This document shows, one piece after another, positions 21,452 through 31,712 of a DNA stretch of 64,000 nucleotides (the stretch's first letter is position 1; every line of letters begins with the position of its first letter). Both the position numbers and the translations under genes were made by a program. The notes beneath the pieces were generated by a model, which did not search any database, had not been told where the DNA came from, and saw only the letters and a program-made list of their open reading frames with translations. Source of the stretch: Eubacteriales bacterium (GTDB lineage Bacteria; Bacillota; Clostridia; Oscillospirales; CAG-272); assembly GCA_045661325.1 (NCBI GenBank), contig JAZRFK010000093.1:3585-67584 (forward strand). Direction: 5' to 3'.

Positions 21452-22546
21452 ATGAAAACAAGGCGAATTTTCTCTGTTTTGCTTATGATTGCGGGGCTAT
21501 TCTCGCTTTTTTCCTTCCCGGCGTCTGCCTCCGTTTCTGCCGCATCCGCCATTTTGTACGAGCCGAGCACCAAGACGGTTTTGTACGAAAAGGATGCAGA
21601 CACACGGCGGCCTATGGCCAGCACGACCAAAATTGTCACCGCCTTGGCGGCTATTGAGGTTTTGTCTCCCGAAACGCTGATAAGCGTACCCAAGGAGGCG
21701 GTTGGCGTTGAGGGCACCTCCACGTATTTGGAGGAGGGCGAGATTTTAAGCTTCGAAAACCTTCTTTATGCCCTTCTTTTACAAAGCGCAAACGATGCGG
21801 CCGTTACCATTGCCATTGCGTGCGACGGGAGCATTGAAGCCTTCGCAGACAGAATGAACGCCATAGCCGAGCGCTTGGGGCTGCAAAACACCCATTTCAC
21901 CAACCCCCACGGTCTTCCTGACGAGGCGCATTACACAACGGCAAGGGACTTGGCCGTTTTAACGGCAGAGGCCCTGCAAAGCCCTTTAATTCGTACCGTT
22001 GTGTCCACCCAGAAAAAAGCCTTTTCCTCTTCCCTGCGCCCCCGTGTTTTAACCAACCACAACAAGCTTTTGCGCCTGTATGACAACGCTATCGGCGTTA
22101 AAACGGGCTTTACAAAGGCCGCAGGCCGTTGCCTCGTAGGTGCCGCCGCGATAGGCGGTATGACGCTGATTTCGGTCACGCTTAACGCCTCGGACGATTG
22201 GAACGACCATCTTTATCTTTTCGAAAAGGGCTTTTCGGAATATCACAGCAACACCATTCTACGATGCGGAGAAATTTCCTGGCGCTTACCCGTTCTGAAC
22301 GGCGAGGCTCCCTTCGTGGATATTACGAATAACAATGCCTTTTCCCGTATCGAAAAGCGAGGCTACGGCAACTACACGGTCTCTCTTGACATCAGCACCA
22401 TACCCGTTGCTCCTATATCCCGCGGCGACATTTTGGGCTATGTCTGTATCTACAAGGACGGAAAAGAGGTTGCACGCTTGCCCCTTACCGCCGAATACGC
22501 TGTTCCCAAGGCGAACGTATCCAAAAAGCGTTTTCATTTATTTTGA
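21452..22546 (+). CDS. D-alanyl-D-alanine carboxypeptidase (S11 penicillin-binding protein, DacB-like)
   Basis: Signal peptide, then SxxK (ASTTK), SxN (SAND) and KTG (KTGFT) motifs. The ATG at 21452 is preferred over the GTG at 21428. Confidence 0.9.
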   Translation: MKTRRIFSVLLMIAGLFSLFSFPASASVSAASAILYEPSTKTVLYEKDADTRRPMASTTKIVTALAAIEVLSPETLISVPKEAVGVEGTSTYLEEGEILSFENLLYALLLQSANDAAVTIAIACDGSIEAFADRMNAIAERLGLQNTHFTNPHGLPDEAHYTTARDLAVLTAEALQSPLIRTVVSTQKKAFSSSLRPRVLTNHNKLLRLYDNAIGVKTGFTKAAGRCLVGAAAIGGMTLISVTLNASDDWNDHLYLFEKGFSEYHSNTILRCGEISWRLPVLNGEAPFVDITNNNAFSRIEKRGYGNYTVSLDISTIPVAPISRGDILGYVCIYKDGKEVARLPLTAEYAVPKANVSKKRFHLF

Positions 22547-22582
22547 TTATCATTCTCTCTTATTCAGATAAAGGATTTTACA

Positions 22583-23311
22583 ATGGAAAAAATCAGACTT
22601 CAAAAATTTTTCACCGACTGTGGCGTATTATCCCGCAGAAAAGCCGAGGAGGAGATCGCACAAGGACGCGTAAAGGTGAACGGTCACGTTGCTTCCCTTG
22701 GCGACAAAATCGACCCCAAGAACGACTCTGTGCTATGGAACGATGAGCCCGTATACGCCAAAAGCGACGAGCATCATTATATTCTTTTGCACAAGCCCCG
22801 TGGCTATATCACCAGCACCTCTGACCCGCAAAACCGCAAATGCGTTTTGGAGCTGTTAGAGGGTCACCACGGCCGCGTTTACCCTGTTGGTCGCTTGGAC
22901 TATAATTCCGAGGGTCTTTTGATTTTAACGGACGATGGCGAACTGGCCAACCGCCTGATGCATCCCAAGCATCACATTGAAAAGGTGTATCGCGTAAAGG
23001 TGGCAGGAAGCGTCAGCGACGAGCAGCTGGACCGACTGCTTTCTCCCATGACGCTGGACGGATATAAGCTTTTGCCCGTCAAGGTGGAAATCACCTCTGT
23101 TGATGAAACGGGTACCGTTTTAAAAATGACCTTAAAGGAAGGCAGAAACCGCCAGGTGCGCCGTATGTGTCAGGAGGTCGGCTTAACGGTCAAGCGGCTT
23201 TGCCGCGTTGCCATTGGCACCATTAAGCTCAACAACCTTCCTGTTGGAAAATGGCGCTATTTTGAGCCCTCCGAGGTTGAATACTTATATAAGGCAAGTC
23301 AATCCAAATAA
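22583..23311 (+). CDS. Pseudouridine synthase, RsuA/RluB family
   Basis: 242 aa. N-terminal S4 domain (RLQKFFTDCGVLSRRKAEE) and catalytic GRLDYNSEGLL motif. Confidence 0.9.
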   Translation: MEKIRLQKFFTDCGVLSRRKAEEEIAQGRVKVNGHVASLGDKIDPKNDSVLWNDEPVYAKSDEHHYILLHKPRGYITSTSDPQNRKCVLELLEGHHGRVYPVGRLDYNSEGLLILTDDGELANRLMHPKHHIEKVYRVKVAGSVSDEQLDRLLSPMTLDGYKLLPVKVEITSVDETGTVLKMTLKEGRNRQVRRMCQEVGLTVKRLCRVAIGTIKLNNLPVGKWRYFEPSEVEYLYKASQSK

Positions 23312-23322
23312 ACGGACAATAG

Positions 23323-23353
23323 AAAAAGCCGCAGAAGCTTCTGCGGCTTTTTT
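23323..23353. terminator. Bidirectional intrinsic terminator between convergent rluB-like and mutS2 genes
   Basis: AAAAAGCCGCAGAAGCTTCTGCGGCTTTTTT is a perfect GC-rich palindrome flanked by an A-run and a T-run. Confidence 0.85.
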
Positions 23354-23362
23354 GTTTTAGGT

Positions 23363-25765
23363 TTATTTCAGCGTAACCACCGTCACGCCTGCGTCTCCCT
23401 CGCCGTAAACGCCGAGGCGATAGGAGTCTACACGCTTGTCTGCGCGAAGACGGCTGTGTAAGGCGGCGCGCAGCGCGCCCGTTCCCTTTCCGTGTATAAT
23501 GCGAACGGAGGCAACGCCTGCAAGACAGGCGTCATCCAAATACTTATCTACGGCGAACCAGCCCTCGTCTCCCGTCATACCGCGCACGTCAAGCTCAACC
23601 TTGAACTGCATGGCAATTTGTGTTTTAACCGAGGAAACGGCCGCCTTTTGCTTTTTCTTTTCGGCCTTGGGCTTACCCAAAAGACGCAGATTGGAAACAT
23701 TGGTTTTGGCAGTCAGAATACCGGCCTTAACCGTCAGATTGCCTGCCCCATCGGGTAGGGTTACAACAGTTCCCTCCTGGCCGAAGGAAACGAGATACAC
23801 AAGGTCTCCAATTTCCAAGGGCCTTGGCAGAACGTAATCATCCTCCAAGCTGACGTCCTTGTATTCAAAGGCGGCATACGCTTCGTCAGAGGCCTTCATC
23901 TGTGCGCGGATGCTTTGACGCGCCTCCGAAAGCTCCGCCGCAAAGCGACGGCTTTCCTGCTTTTTCTTGACGTCCTCCAACTGCTTCAATACAAATTCCG
24001 AGGTTGCTCTGGCGCTATCCAAAAGCTGACGGGCTCTTTCTAAGGAACGCTTGATTTCATCCTCGGCGGCTTTGGTTCTTTCCTTTAACTCGGCCTCGGC
24101 CTTTTTGGACTGCGCTTGGTAGGCGGCACGCATTTCCTCAGCCTCGTTTTTCGCCCTTTCCATCAAAATGCGGTCTCTTTCCAAGGCGGCAATAACGCGC
24201 TCAAAGCGCTGACTGTCCTCGCTGACGAGCGCCTTGGCGCGCGAAACAACGGCTTCGTCCAAGCCCAAGCGCTCCGAAATGGCGAAGGCATTGGATTTTC
24301 CCGGTGCGCCCACTATCAAGCGATAGGTAGGCCGCAGAGTTGCTACGTCAAACTCGCAGCCCGCATTTTGCACGCCCTCGGTTTCAAGGGCGTAGGTTTT
24401 CAGCTCTGTATAGTGCGTAGTGGCAGCAACGAGTGCGCCCTTTGCTCTGACAGCCTCTAAAATGGCCGTAGCCAAGGCGGCACCCTCTGTGGGATCCGTT
24501 CCTGATCCAAGCTCGTCAAACAACACGAGCGAGGCCTCGTCTGCCTCCGCTAAGATGTCCACAATTTGCGTCATATGTGCCGAGAAGGTGGACAGCGATT
24601 GCTCAATGCTCTGCTCGTCACCAATATCGGCCAAAATATGCGAAAAGACGCCGAAATGCGAATCGCTATCCGCAGGGATCTGAAGCCCTGCCTGCACCAT
24701 CATAGAAAACAGACCGAGCGTTTTGAGGGTAACGGTTTTACCGCCTGTATTGGGGCCCGTTATCACCATCGTGTCAAAATCAACGCCCAGAGAAAGAGAT
24801 ACAGGAACAACCGTTTCCTTTTTCAAGAGCGGATGACGCGCATTTTTCAGTATAATAACAGGCTTTTTTTCCAAAATGGGCGCGGTGGCGTTCATTTTTT
24901 CGGCCAAGAGCGCCAAGGAAAAATAAAAGGCCAGCTCTGTAATGGTGCGGTAGTTTTGAAAAATCGTTCCCGAATAAGAGGCACATTCTGCCGAAAGCTC
25001 AAAGAGGATACGCAGAATTTCCTGCTCTTCCTTGGCGGTCAGCTCACGGATTTCATTGTTTGCCTCCACAACGCCCATAGGCTCGATAAAGAGCGTGGCA
25101 CCAGAGGAGGAGGTATCGTGCAAAAGACCCTTAATTTCGTTGCGATATTCTGCCTTGACAGGCACAACATATCTTCCGTCACGCACCGTGACGATGTTTT
25201 CCTGCAAATATTTGGATCGCGGGCCACCGATAAAGTTTTGCAGCGTTTCGCGCACGCGATTGCTTGCTGCCCGCATTTTTCTTCGTATATCGGCTAAAAG
25301 AGGGCTTGCCTCATCCGCAATCATTTCCTCGGAAATAATGATTCTTCTGATTTTTTCTTCTAAATTTCTATTGGGAATAAGACGGGCAAAGATTTCATCC
25401 AAGACCGTTTCAAAGAGGCGATTTCCTTCGGCATAATCCTTTAAGCCCCTCGCGGCAAAGAAAATGGCGGCAACCTGCAAAAGCTCCTTCATCGTCAAGG
25501 TCGAGCCCTTCTCTGCGCGCCCTATCGCCTCGCAAATATCCACAACGCCCGAAAAGGCAGGATATCCCTTTTGAAAGGCGAGACGCTTGGCGTCCTCAGT
25601 CCTCTTTTGGCGAAGCACTACGGTATCGTAGTCATCGCTCGGCTGAAGGGCAAGCGCCTTCTGCTTTGCGCCGTCCGTAAAGGCAAGCTCAGCCAGCTGC
25701 TCTATCATTTTATTAAATTCCAATATTTCCGCAGTGCGATGCGTAAAGGGCATAACGAACTCCAT
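23363..25765 (-). CDS. mutS2: Endonuclease MutS2 (MutS domain V plus C-terminal Smr)
   Basis: 800 aa. Walker A GPNTGGKT, DELGSGTDP, and C-terminal Smr LDVRGMTGDE ... IIHGKGTGALR. The exact start (M1 or M5) is uncertain. Confidence 0.95.
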   Translation of the reverse strand: MEFVMPFTHRTAEILEFNKMIEQLAELAFTDGAKQKALALQPSDDYDTVVLRQKRTEDAKRLAFQKGYPAFSGVVDICEAIGRAEKGSTLTMKELLQVAAIFFAARGLKDYAEGNRLFETVLDEIFARLIPNRNLEEKIRRIIISEEMIADEASPLLADIRRKMRAASNRVRETLQNFIGGPRSKYLQENIVTVRDGRYVVPVKAEYRNEIKGLLHDTSSSGATLFIEPMGVVEANNEIRELTAKEEQEILRILFELSAECASYSGTIFQNYRTITELAFYFSLALLAEKMNATAPILEKKPVIILKNARHPLLKKETVVPVSLSLGVDFDTMVITGPNTGGKTVTLKTLGLFSMMVQAGLQIPADSDSHFGVFSHILADIGDEQSIEQSLSTFSAHMTQIVDILAEADEASLVLFDELGSGTDPTEGAALATAILEAVRAKGALVAATTHYTELKTYALETEGVQNAGCEFDVATLRPTYRLIVGAPGKSNAFAISERLGLDEAVVSRAKALVSEDSQRFERVIAALERDRILMERAKNEAEEMRAAYQAQSKKAEAELKERTKAAEDEIKRSLERARQLLDSARATSEFVLKQLEDVKKKQESRRFAAELSEARQSIRAQMKASDEAYAAFEYKDVSLEDDYVLPRPLEIGDLVYLVSFGQEGTVVTLPDGAGNLTVKAGILTAKTNVSNLRLLGKPKAEKKKQKAAVSSVKTQIAMQFKVELDVRGMTGDEGWFAVDKYLDDACLAGVASVRIIHGKGTGALRAALHSRLRADKRVDSYRLGVYGEGDAGVTVVTLK

Positions 25766-25789
25766 TCCGCCTCTATGGCGAGCATTCCA

Positions 25790-26581
25790 TCAGCTATTGA
25801 CGATGGTTTTATAAAAATCCAAGGTTTTAAACCCTGTTTCCAACTGATTCAAAAGATAAATTTCCGCTACGGCAGAAAAATTTTTCTGCTCCTCCTCATC
25901 ATCCAGACGAAAGGAGAGAATTTTCTCCAAGGGGCATTCTATGGCATAATAAAGCGCGGCACGCGCACCGGGGCGCAAAAGGCAGGAAATGGCGTTATGC
26001 GCGGGGTCAAGCTCCTCCTCCTTTTGCTCGGCTGTTTGCAGATTGCGGCACTTTTCGCAAATGACGATGCCGTTCATCACATCAAGCACCACGTCTTCCC
26101 CCTCCTCGCCGCAGCGCTCACAAGCGTTTAGACTCGGCATAAAGCCGAGAATGGCGGCGGCACGGATTTCAAAGCTCCCCTTGATTTGCCATAAGGGATA
26201 GCTTCCACGCGAGGCGGCGTAAAGGGCATTGAGCGTTAAACGCAGAAGGGGCACGTCGGGCATATTTTCAGTGCCAACGTGACTGACAACCTCACATATG
26301 TAGCCAGCCAAGGCCATTCGCTCAATATCCACGCGCAAGTCAAAAAAGCTTTCAATCAGCTCTACCTCGCGCACGGTGTATCTGTCCTTATTCTTGAAAA
26401 GAATGTATTGGCTGTAACAAAACTGCTCCGCAGCAATCAGCGTTCTGCTTTTCAGGGTGCGACTTCCGTTGGCCATAGCGGTAATCAAGCCGAAATCCTC
26501 GGTCAAGATGGTTAAAATGCGATCCTTTTCGCCATAGTTCACCACACGAACCACAAGACCTCGCGTTTTTACCAGCGCCAT
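25790..26581 (-). CDS. recO: DNA repair protein RecO
   Basis: RecO-like OB fold N-terminus (KTRGLVVRVVNYGEKDRIL) and CxxC...CxxC zinc motif. The ATG at 26581 follows GGGGAGGA. Canonical era-recO order. Confidence 0.9.
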   Translation of the reverse strand: MALVKTRGLVVRVVNYGEKDRILTILTEDFGLITAMANGSRTLKSRTLIAAEQFCYSQYILFKNKDRYTVREVELIESFFDLRVDIERMALAGYICEVVSHVGTENMPDVPLLRLTLNALYAASRGSYPLWQIKGSFEIRAAAILGFMPSLNACERCGEEGEDVVLDVMNGIVICEKCRNLQTAEQKEEELDPAHNAISCLLRPGARAALYYAIECPLEKILSFRLDDEEEQKNFSAVAEIYLLNQLETGFKTLDFYKTIVNS

Positions 26582-26602
26582 AGGTTGTCCTCCCCTCAAA
26601 AA

Positions 26603-27496
26603 TTATTGCAAATCCTTTTTATCGTAGCCGAAATTAGAAAGCTGCACGGCGCTGTCTCGCCAATTTTCCTTCACCTTTACCCAAAGGTCAAGAAAAACCT
26701 TGATGCCAAAAAAGTTCTCCAAATCCTCGCGCGCATAGGTTCCGATGGTTTTCAGCATACTGCCCTGCTTGCCGAGAATAATGCGCTTGTGAGAATCTCT
26801 TTCGCAAAAAATTTCCGCGCGAATCTTCAAAAGCTTGGGCTTTTCCTCGAAGGCCTCAATAACCACGGCCGTACCGTGCGGAATTTCATCACTCAAAAGG
26901 CGAAGCATTTTTTCTCTGATGATTTCGGCGGCTATCTGGCGCTCAGGCTGATCAGTCACGATTTCATCCGAGAAGAACCACTCGCTTTCGGTTAAATATT
27001 TCTCACATTCCTCCAAAAGCGCAGGAACGTTCTTACCCGATTTCGCCACAGTGGGAACAACGGCGTCAAAATCGTAAGCCTTGGCATAGGCCGCAATGGT
27101 CTTTGCCGTATTTTCGGCCGTTGTGGCGTCAATTTTGTTAATCACCAGGATGGCGGGCAATTTCTGCGACTTGATTTTTTCAATCATAGAGGCTTCAATA
27201 TCCCCAACCTCTTCTCTGGGCTCTACCACCAGTATAACGGCATCTGCCTCACCGATGGCATTATTGGTAGCACTAACCATATAGTCGCCAAGGCGGGTTC
27301 TCGGACGATGCATACCGGGGGTATCCAAGAAAACGAACTGATTTTCTCCCACGGTGTGAATACCCGTGATGCGATTTCTCGTGGTCTGCGGGCGCTTGGA
27401 AACGATGGCAACCTTCTCGCCCAAAATCTTATTCAAAAGAGTTGATTTTCCAACGTTGGGTCTACCAACGATAGCAATAAACGCGGTTTTTTTCAT
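26603..27496 (-). CDS. era: GTPase Era
   Basis: 297 aa. GRPNVGKSTLLN, DTPG and NKID motifs, plus a C-terminal KH domain. Confidence 0.96.
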   Translation of the reverse strand: MKKTAFIAIVGRPNVGKSTLLNKILGEKVAIVSKRPQTTRNRITGIHTVGENQFVFLDTPGMHRPRTRLGDYMVSATNNAIGEADAVILVVEPREEVGDIEASMIEKIKSQKLPAILVINKIDATTAENTAKTIAAYAKAYDFDAVVPTVAKSGKNVPALLEECEKYLTESEWFFSDEIVTDQPERQIAAEIIREKMLRLLSDEIPHGTAVVIEAFEEKPKLLKIRAEIFCERDSHKRIILGKQGSMLKTIGTYAREDLENFFGIKVFLDLWVKVKENWRDSAVQLSNFGYDKKDLQ

Positions 27497-27514
27497 ACTG
27501 TCCTTCGTCTTTCT

Positions 27515-28030
27515 TTATTCGTTTACTTCGTCGGGAAAAACAAGCCACTCCATAATGGCTCTCTGACGGGCGCATTGCGCCTCCTCGTCTTCATTGGAGC
27601 GCTCGTGGTCGTAGCCGAGAAGATGCAAAACGGAATGCACCGTCAAAAAGGCAACCTCGTGCAAAAAGCTATGACCAAGCTCCTCGGCCTGCGCCGCGGC
27701 TCTTTCCAAGGAAAGAACCATATCACCAAGCTCGATACTTTCCCCTGCATTGCCCTTCAATTCGGCAATCTCCTCTTCGGTATAGATGGGAAAGGACAAA
27801 ACGTCCGTCGCTGCGTCCTTCTCGCGATAGGCCTTATTCAAGGCACGGATATGGTCTGCGCCGCACAAAATAACGGAAAGCTCTGCATCAGCATCGAACT
27901 TTTCGGAAAACAGCGTTGCACGGACGGCCTCACGAATGACCTTCTTAATAGAGTAGGTGTTCTGGGAATAGGCCTTGTCTGCCGAGAAATATATTTTTAA
28001 TTTTGGAATATTGGGCGTATAATGCTTCAT
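27515..28030 (-). CDS. ybeY: rRNA maturation endoribonuclease YbeY
   Basis: 171 aa with the HSVLHLLGYDH metal-binding motif. Lies between phoH and era. Confidence 0.93.
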   Translation of the reverse strand: MKHYTPNIPKLKIYFSADKAYSQNTYSIKKVIREAVRATLFSEKFDADAELSVILCGADHIRALNKAYREKDAATDVLSFPIYTEEEIAELKGNAGESIELGDMVLSLERAAAQAEELGHSFLHEVAFLTVHSVLHLLGYDHERSNEDEEAQCARQRAIMEWLVFPDEVNE

Positions 28031-28045
28031 TGCTTGTCCATCCTT

Positions 28046-29023
28046 TTATGATTTTTTATTGTCCTGCTTCTGATAAGCGGCGATAATTTTCTGCACCAAC
28101 CGATGCCGCACAACGTCACGGCTTGTGAAGGTATGAACGGTGATTCCCTCAATATCCTTTAATATTTTTGTGGCAATCACGAGGCCGCTTTTCTGGTTAT
28201 CAGGAAGGTCAGTCTGAGAGGGGTCACCCGTGATAACCGCCTTGGAATCACTGCCCAGGCGCGTTAAAAACATTTTCATTTGCTCGTTTGTGGTATTTTG
28301 CGCCTCGTCAAGTATAATAAACGAGTTGTCAAGCGTTCTGCCGCGCATATAAGCCAGCGGCGCAATTTCTATCATATTCTTTTCCACGTAATGCTGATAG
28401 TTTTCGGGGCCGAGCATCTCATAAAGCGCGTCATACAAGGGGCGCAGATAGGGATCAATTTTGCTTTGCAAGTCGCCCGGCAAAAAGCCGAGGCGCTCCC
28501 CTGCCTCCACGGCAGGTCTCGTTAAAACGATTCTGCCAACCTCTTTTTTTCGCAGGGCATCCACCGCCATAGCCACGGCCAAAAAGGTTTTACCCGTGCC
28601 CGCAGGGCCAACACCGAAAACAACGGTATTTTTCCGTATAGCCTCCACGTATTGCTTCTGCCCAAGCGTTTTGGGCTTGACGGGCTTTCCGCGGCTCGTG
28701 ATACAAACGGCATCTGCCCCAAAGGATTCAAGCGCGTCCAAAGCACCGTCCTCAGCAAGCCCGATAGCATAATGTAACACCTGCTCGGTAACCGCATCGC
28801 CGCGCAAAACAACCTGCTTCAAGTATTGCAAAATGCTCTCTGCCTTTCGCAAGGCCTCATCGTCGCTCCCCTCTATCAATACGGTATCCTCCAAGGAAGC
28901 CGACTCTGCTTCGTTCGAAAGACGGACACCCAGCGCCTCCTCCAAGGCAAAGGCGTTTATATTGCATATACCGAAAACCGAGGCCGTCACATCCGGCGTT
29001 CCGATTTTAACAAACCTTTTCAT
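28046..29023 (-). CDS. phoH: PhoH-like ATPase
   Basis: 325 aa. Walker A GPAGTGKTFLA and ILDEAQN Walker B. Canonical yqfD-phoH-ybeY order. Confidence 0.93.
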   Translation of the reverse strand: MKRFVKIGTPDVTASVFGICNINAFALEEALGVRLSNEAESASLEDTVLIEGSDDEALRKAESILQYLKQVVLRGDAVTEQVLHYAIGLAEDGALDALESFGADAVCITSRGKPVKPKTLGQKQYVEAIRKNTVVFGVGPAGTGKTFLAVAMAVDALRKKEVGRIVLTRPAVEAGERLGFLPGDLQSKIDPYLRPLYDALYEMLGPENYQHYVEKNMIEIAPLAYMRGRTLDNSFIILDEAQNTTNEQMKMFLTRLGSDSKAVITGDPSQTDLPDNQKSGLVIATKILKDIEGITVHTFTSRDVVRHRLVQKIIAAYQKQDNKKS

Positions 29024-29055
29024 TTCATGTACTGCCTTCTACGGCCCTTTCTTTT

Positions 29056-30240
29056 TTAATCTACGGAAAAGGGCAATACCTGTGCGATATTACAGGTATA
29101 GCTCACCCTGCCGTGCAAATAGACGCCTTGCTCCGTTGCCGTTGCCGTCACGCTTTTGGATAGCAGACTTCCCTCTTCAAGCAGCGACGAAAGCTTATTC
29201 TTTAAAAGGGCATAGGCAAGCCGCAGAGCCTCCTCGTGAGACAAAACGCATCGCTCCTCCACCGTATTCACGCGCAAAACTCTCGTAAGTGAAACAGGCA
29301 AGCGCCTTCCATCAGAAAAGCAAACGGAATTCTCTTTTATTATTGTACCATAACTTTCCGGAATTTTACCACTATTTATTGAAATATTTATTGTTTTTCC
29401 AAAAAAATTTATCATATACCGCTCCAAAAGCGTTTCTTTTTGGACACTTCTTGTCTGTTCGTACGGCACGAAGACAGAAAACTCCTCTTCTCTTCGCCCC
29501 ATAACAACGGCCTCGGCGCAAATAAAGGTTTCATCCGTTTCTCCCTTTAACAAGCCGCTAACCAGCAAATCGCCCTTTTTAACCGACTGCCCCTTCTTGA
29601 CAACGGCCGTTCCGCGCGTTACCAAAAGTGCCTCAATGACGCCATCTTCCTTGGCCACGATATTGGCATACTGCGGCGTTTCCTCCTCCTTGAAGCTATC
29701 CGCCTCCAAAATTTTCACCTGCAAGACCGTTCCCGTTCTGTATATACCCATCCAAGCAATTTCGGGATTTTCCAGCCGATACCGATTACAAATTTCTTCA
29801 AAATCCATAAATGGAATAAAGCTTCCCACAGAAACGCCCATTTCTGACAGGTCGGATTTAATATCGGCGGCAAGTATACTCTCGGTTCCCTCCACGTGCA
29901 CCTCCCAAACCACCGCCGTACCAAAAAAGAGGATAGCGGCAAAAAGAAGCGCACCAATTACAACGCCGACGCGCAGCTTATACCGCGCAAGCTTTGCGGG
30001 AAGACCGCCCCGACGAAGAGTGAACGCTACGCCCTTTTCGCGCAAGGCGCTCTCCCAGTCGCCAACATTTCTTCTTGGAACGACAAGCACCTCCTCGGCC
30101 TGTGAAACAACGGGCAGATGCTTTTGGAGAATAATATTCAGAATAACCGCGTGTTCTCTCGCGTCAAAAAGAAACGTCGCGTAGCCAAAAAGCCGAAACC
30201 AAGAGGATATTCTTATCCTCCGCTTTTGTTTTTTTCGCAT
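29056..30240 (-). CDS. yqfD: Sporulation protein YqfD (stage IV)
   Basis: 394 aa with a central TM segment. Full-length resemblance to YqfD, and position downstream of yqfC. Confidence 0.85.
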   Translation of the reverse strand: MRKKQKRRIRISSWFRLFGYATFLFDAREHAVILNIILQKHLPVVSQAEEVLVVPRRNVGDWESALREKGVAFTLRRGGLPAKLARYKLRVGVVIGALLFAAILFFGTAVVWEVHVEGTESILAADIKSDLSEMGVSVGSFIPFMDFEEICNRYRLENPEIAWMGIYRTGTVLQVKILEADSFKEEETPQYANIVAKEDGVIEALLVTRGTAVVKKGQSVKKGDLLVSGLLKGETDETFICAEAVVMGRREEEFSVFVPYEQTRSVQKETLLERYMINFFGKTINISINSGKIPESYGTIIKENSVCFSDGRRLPVSLTRVLRVNTVEERCVLSHEEALRLAYALLKNKLSSLLEEGSLLSKSVTATATEQGVYLHGRVSYTCNIAQVLPFSVD

Positions 30241-30254
30241 ATACGCCTTCTCCT

Positions 30255-30533
30255 TTACTCTTCTGCGCCATCAAGTCGCGCGAACGAAATGCCATCTATT
30301 TTCCCCGTGATTTCAAGGGCGCCGCCCGCATAGGCAACGGTCGTGAGCCCATCGCCGACAAAAATCATTTTTTCGCGCGATGCCAAAAGCTCGACTCTCT
30401 CGATGCGACAAACGGTTATTTTTCTGACCCCCTCCACCAGAATACGCATGCCCTCCTTTTCGAAGGAAAGCTCCAAGCGATGCTGCGAAAGGATAGAAAT
30501 CGGTGAGGAAACTTTCTTTTTTCTTTCCTTCAT
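30255..30533 (-). CDS. yqfC: Sporulation protein YqfC (YabP family)
   Basis: About 92 aa from the ATG at 30533 (AGAGGGG upstream). YabP-like beta-rich sequence, immediately upstream of yqfD. Confidence 0.8.
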   Translation of the reverse strand: MKERKKKVSSPISILSQHRLELSFEKEGMRILVEGVRKITVCRIERVELLASREKMIFVGDGLTTVAYAGGALEITGKIDGISFARLDGAEE

Positions 30534-30649
30534 AATGCCCCTCTTTATATCATAAAAATAAGTAACGCTGCCTCGGTTCAACAAGACCGAGCCACGCGTT
30601 TTTTGAGCGAAAAGCTTTCGCTCTATTCTATGACGAGGAAAAGAGCTTC

Positions 30650-31582
30650 ATGCGTGCAGAAACAAAACACAAGCTAAAAGGGGCCTTTTGGCAGGGCGCC
30701 CTCGGCTTTCTCGTGCTTTGGGCCTTTAAAAATGCCGCGCTTTTGCAAAGCAGCACGAGGCTTGCCCTTTCGGTTTGCCTAAATTCCTTGATTCCCTCCC
30801 TGTTTCCTTTTTTTATCCTTTCTGATCTTCTTTCACAAACCCAAGAGGGCAAAGCGCTTTTAGGGCTTTTGTCACGGCCGATTGCATTTTTACTAAACAT
30901 CAGCCCCTCAGGCGCCGGTGCCTACCTCAGCGGCCTGCTTTTAGGGTTTCCGCTGGGTGTCAAACAGCTTTCGGAGGGATATAGGGCGGGCCTCATTGAA
31001 AAAAGCGAAGCGGAGCGACTTTTGCTTATTTCAAACAACACGGGGCCTGCTTTCGTGATAGGATGCCTTGGCGGCCTTCTCGGCTCCCTTAAACTCGGAG
31101 TGCTTTTGTATCTAATACAGCTTTTTGTTTCCCTTTTTCTCGGAATTCTTTTGCGTTGCCTTCCAAAAGAAAAAAGGCCGCAAGATATAGGAGCGCCGCT
31201 CTTATCGCCCCCTAAACCTCTCGCCTTCTCCCTGGTTGAAAGTATACCGAGAGCCGCGCTTCAAATGCTTTCCGTTTGCGGCTACGTCCTCTTTTTTTCT
31301 GCCCTTTCCTCGCTTCTCTTTCCCATATTCGTTCATCCCTTCATAAAGGCTCTCTTCCTTTCCGTTTTTGAAATCGGAACGGCAAGCGCCTATATCACCG
31401 GCGCGCTTGCCACATTTCGCATACCCTTCTGTGCCTTTGCCGTTTGCTTCTCAAGCATATCCGTTTATTTCCAAGGAAAAGAAATATGGAAAAAAGCAGG
31501 GCTTTCTGCGCCCAAATATTTACTGTTCAAGCTTTGCTCCGGCGCGCTCGCTTTTCTCTTAACCCTTCCTTTTGCTAATTGA
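30650..31582 (+). CDS. ylbJ: Sporulation integral membrane protein YlbJ (nucleoside-recognition/Gate-domain family)
   Basis: 310 aa and polytopic. N-terminal region AALLQSSTRLALSVCLNSLIPSLFPFFILSDLL resembles YlbJ. Confidence 0.75.
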   Translation: MRAETKHKLKGAFWQGALGFLVLWAFKNAALLQSSTRLALSVCLNSLIPSLFPFFILSDLLSQTQEGKALLGLLSRPIAFLLNISPSGAGAYLSGLLLGFPLGVKQLSEGYRAGLIEKSEAERLLLISNNTGPAFVIGCLGGLLGSLKLGVLLYLIQLFVSLFLGILLRCLPKEKRPQDIGAPLLSPPKPLAFSLVESIPRAALQMLSVCGYVLFFSALSSLLFPIFVHPFIKALFLSVFEIGTASAYITGALATFRIPFCAFAVCFSSISVYFQGKEIWKKAGLSAPKYLLFKLCSGALAFLLTLPFAN

Positions 31583-31607
31583 CATCGCTCTTTGTCTGTG
31601 TTATAAT
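31579..31607 (+). promoter_or_regulatory. Consensus sigma-A promoter (TTGACA-17-TATAAT, TGn-extended) overlapping the ylbJ stop
   Basis: TTGACA at 31579-31584, an exactly 17-nt spacer ending TGT, then TATAAT at 31602-31607. Confidence 0.65.
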
Positions 31608-31630
31608 ATCCACAGGCGGCAAGGCCGATG
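31602..31630 (+). repeat. Copy 1 of a 29-bp perfect direct repeat TATAATATCCACAGGCGGCAAGGCCGATG
   Basis: An identical 29-mer recurs at 31684-31712. It contains a -10 hexamer plus the mini-hairpin CGGC-AAG-GCCG. Confidence 0.9.
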
Positions 31631-31683
31631 TTAGCGAACAAGGTTCGCGCACCGAAATCGAAGATTTCGCGGCTTTTGAATGA

Positions 31684-31712
31684 TATAATATCCACAGGCG
31701 GCAAGGCCGATG
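31684..31712 (+). repeat. Copy 2 of the 29-bp direct repeat (TGnTATAAT extended -10, no good -35)
   Basis: Identical to 31602-31630 and preceded by TGA. It lies 36 nt upstream of the ATG of the small Cys-rich ORF. Confidence 0.9.
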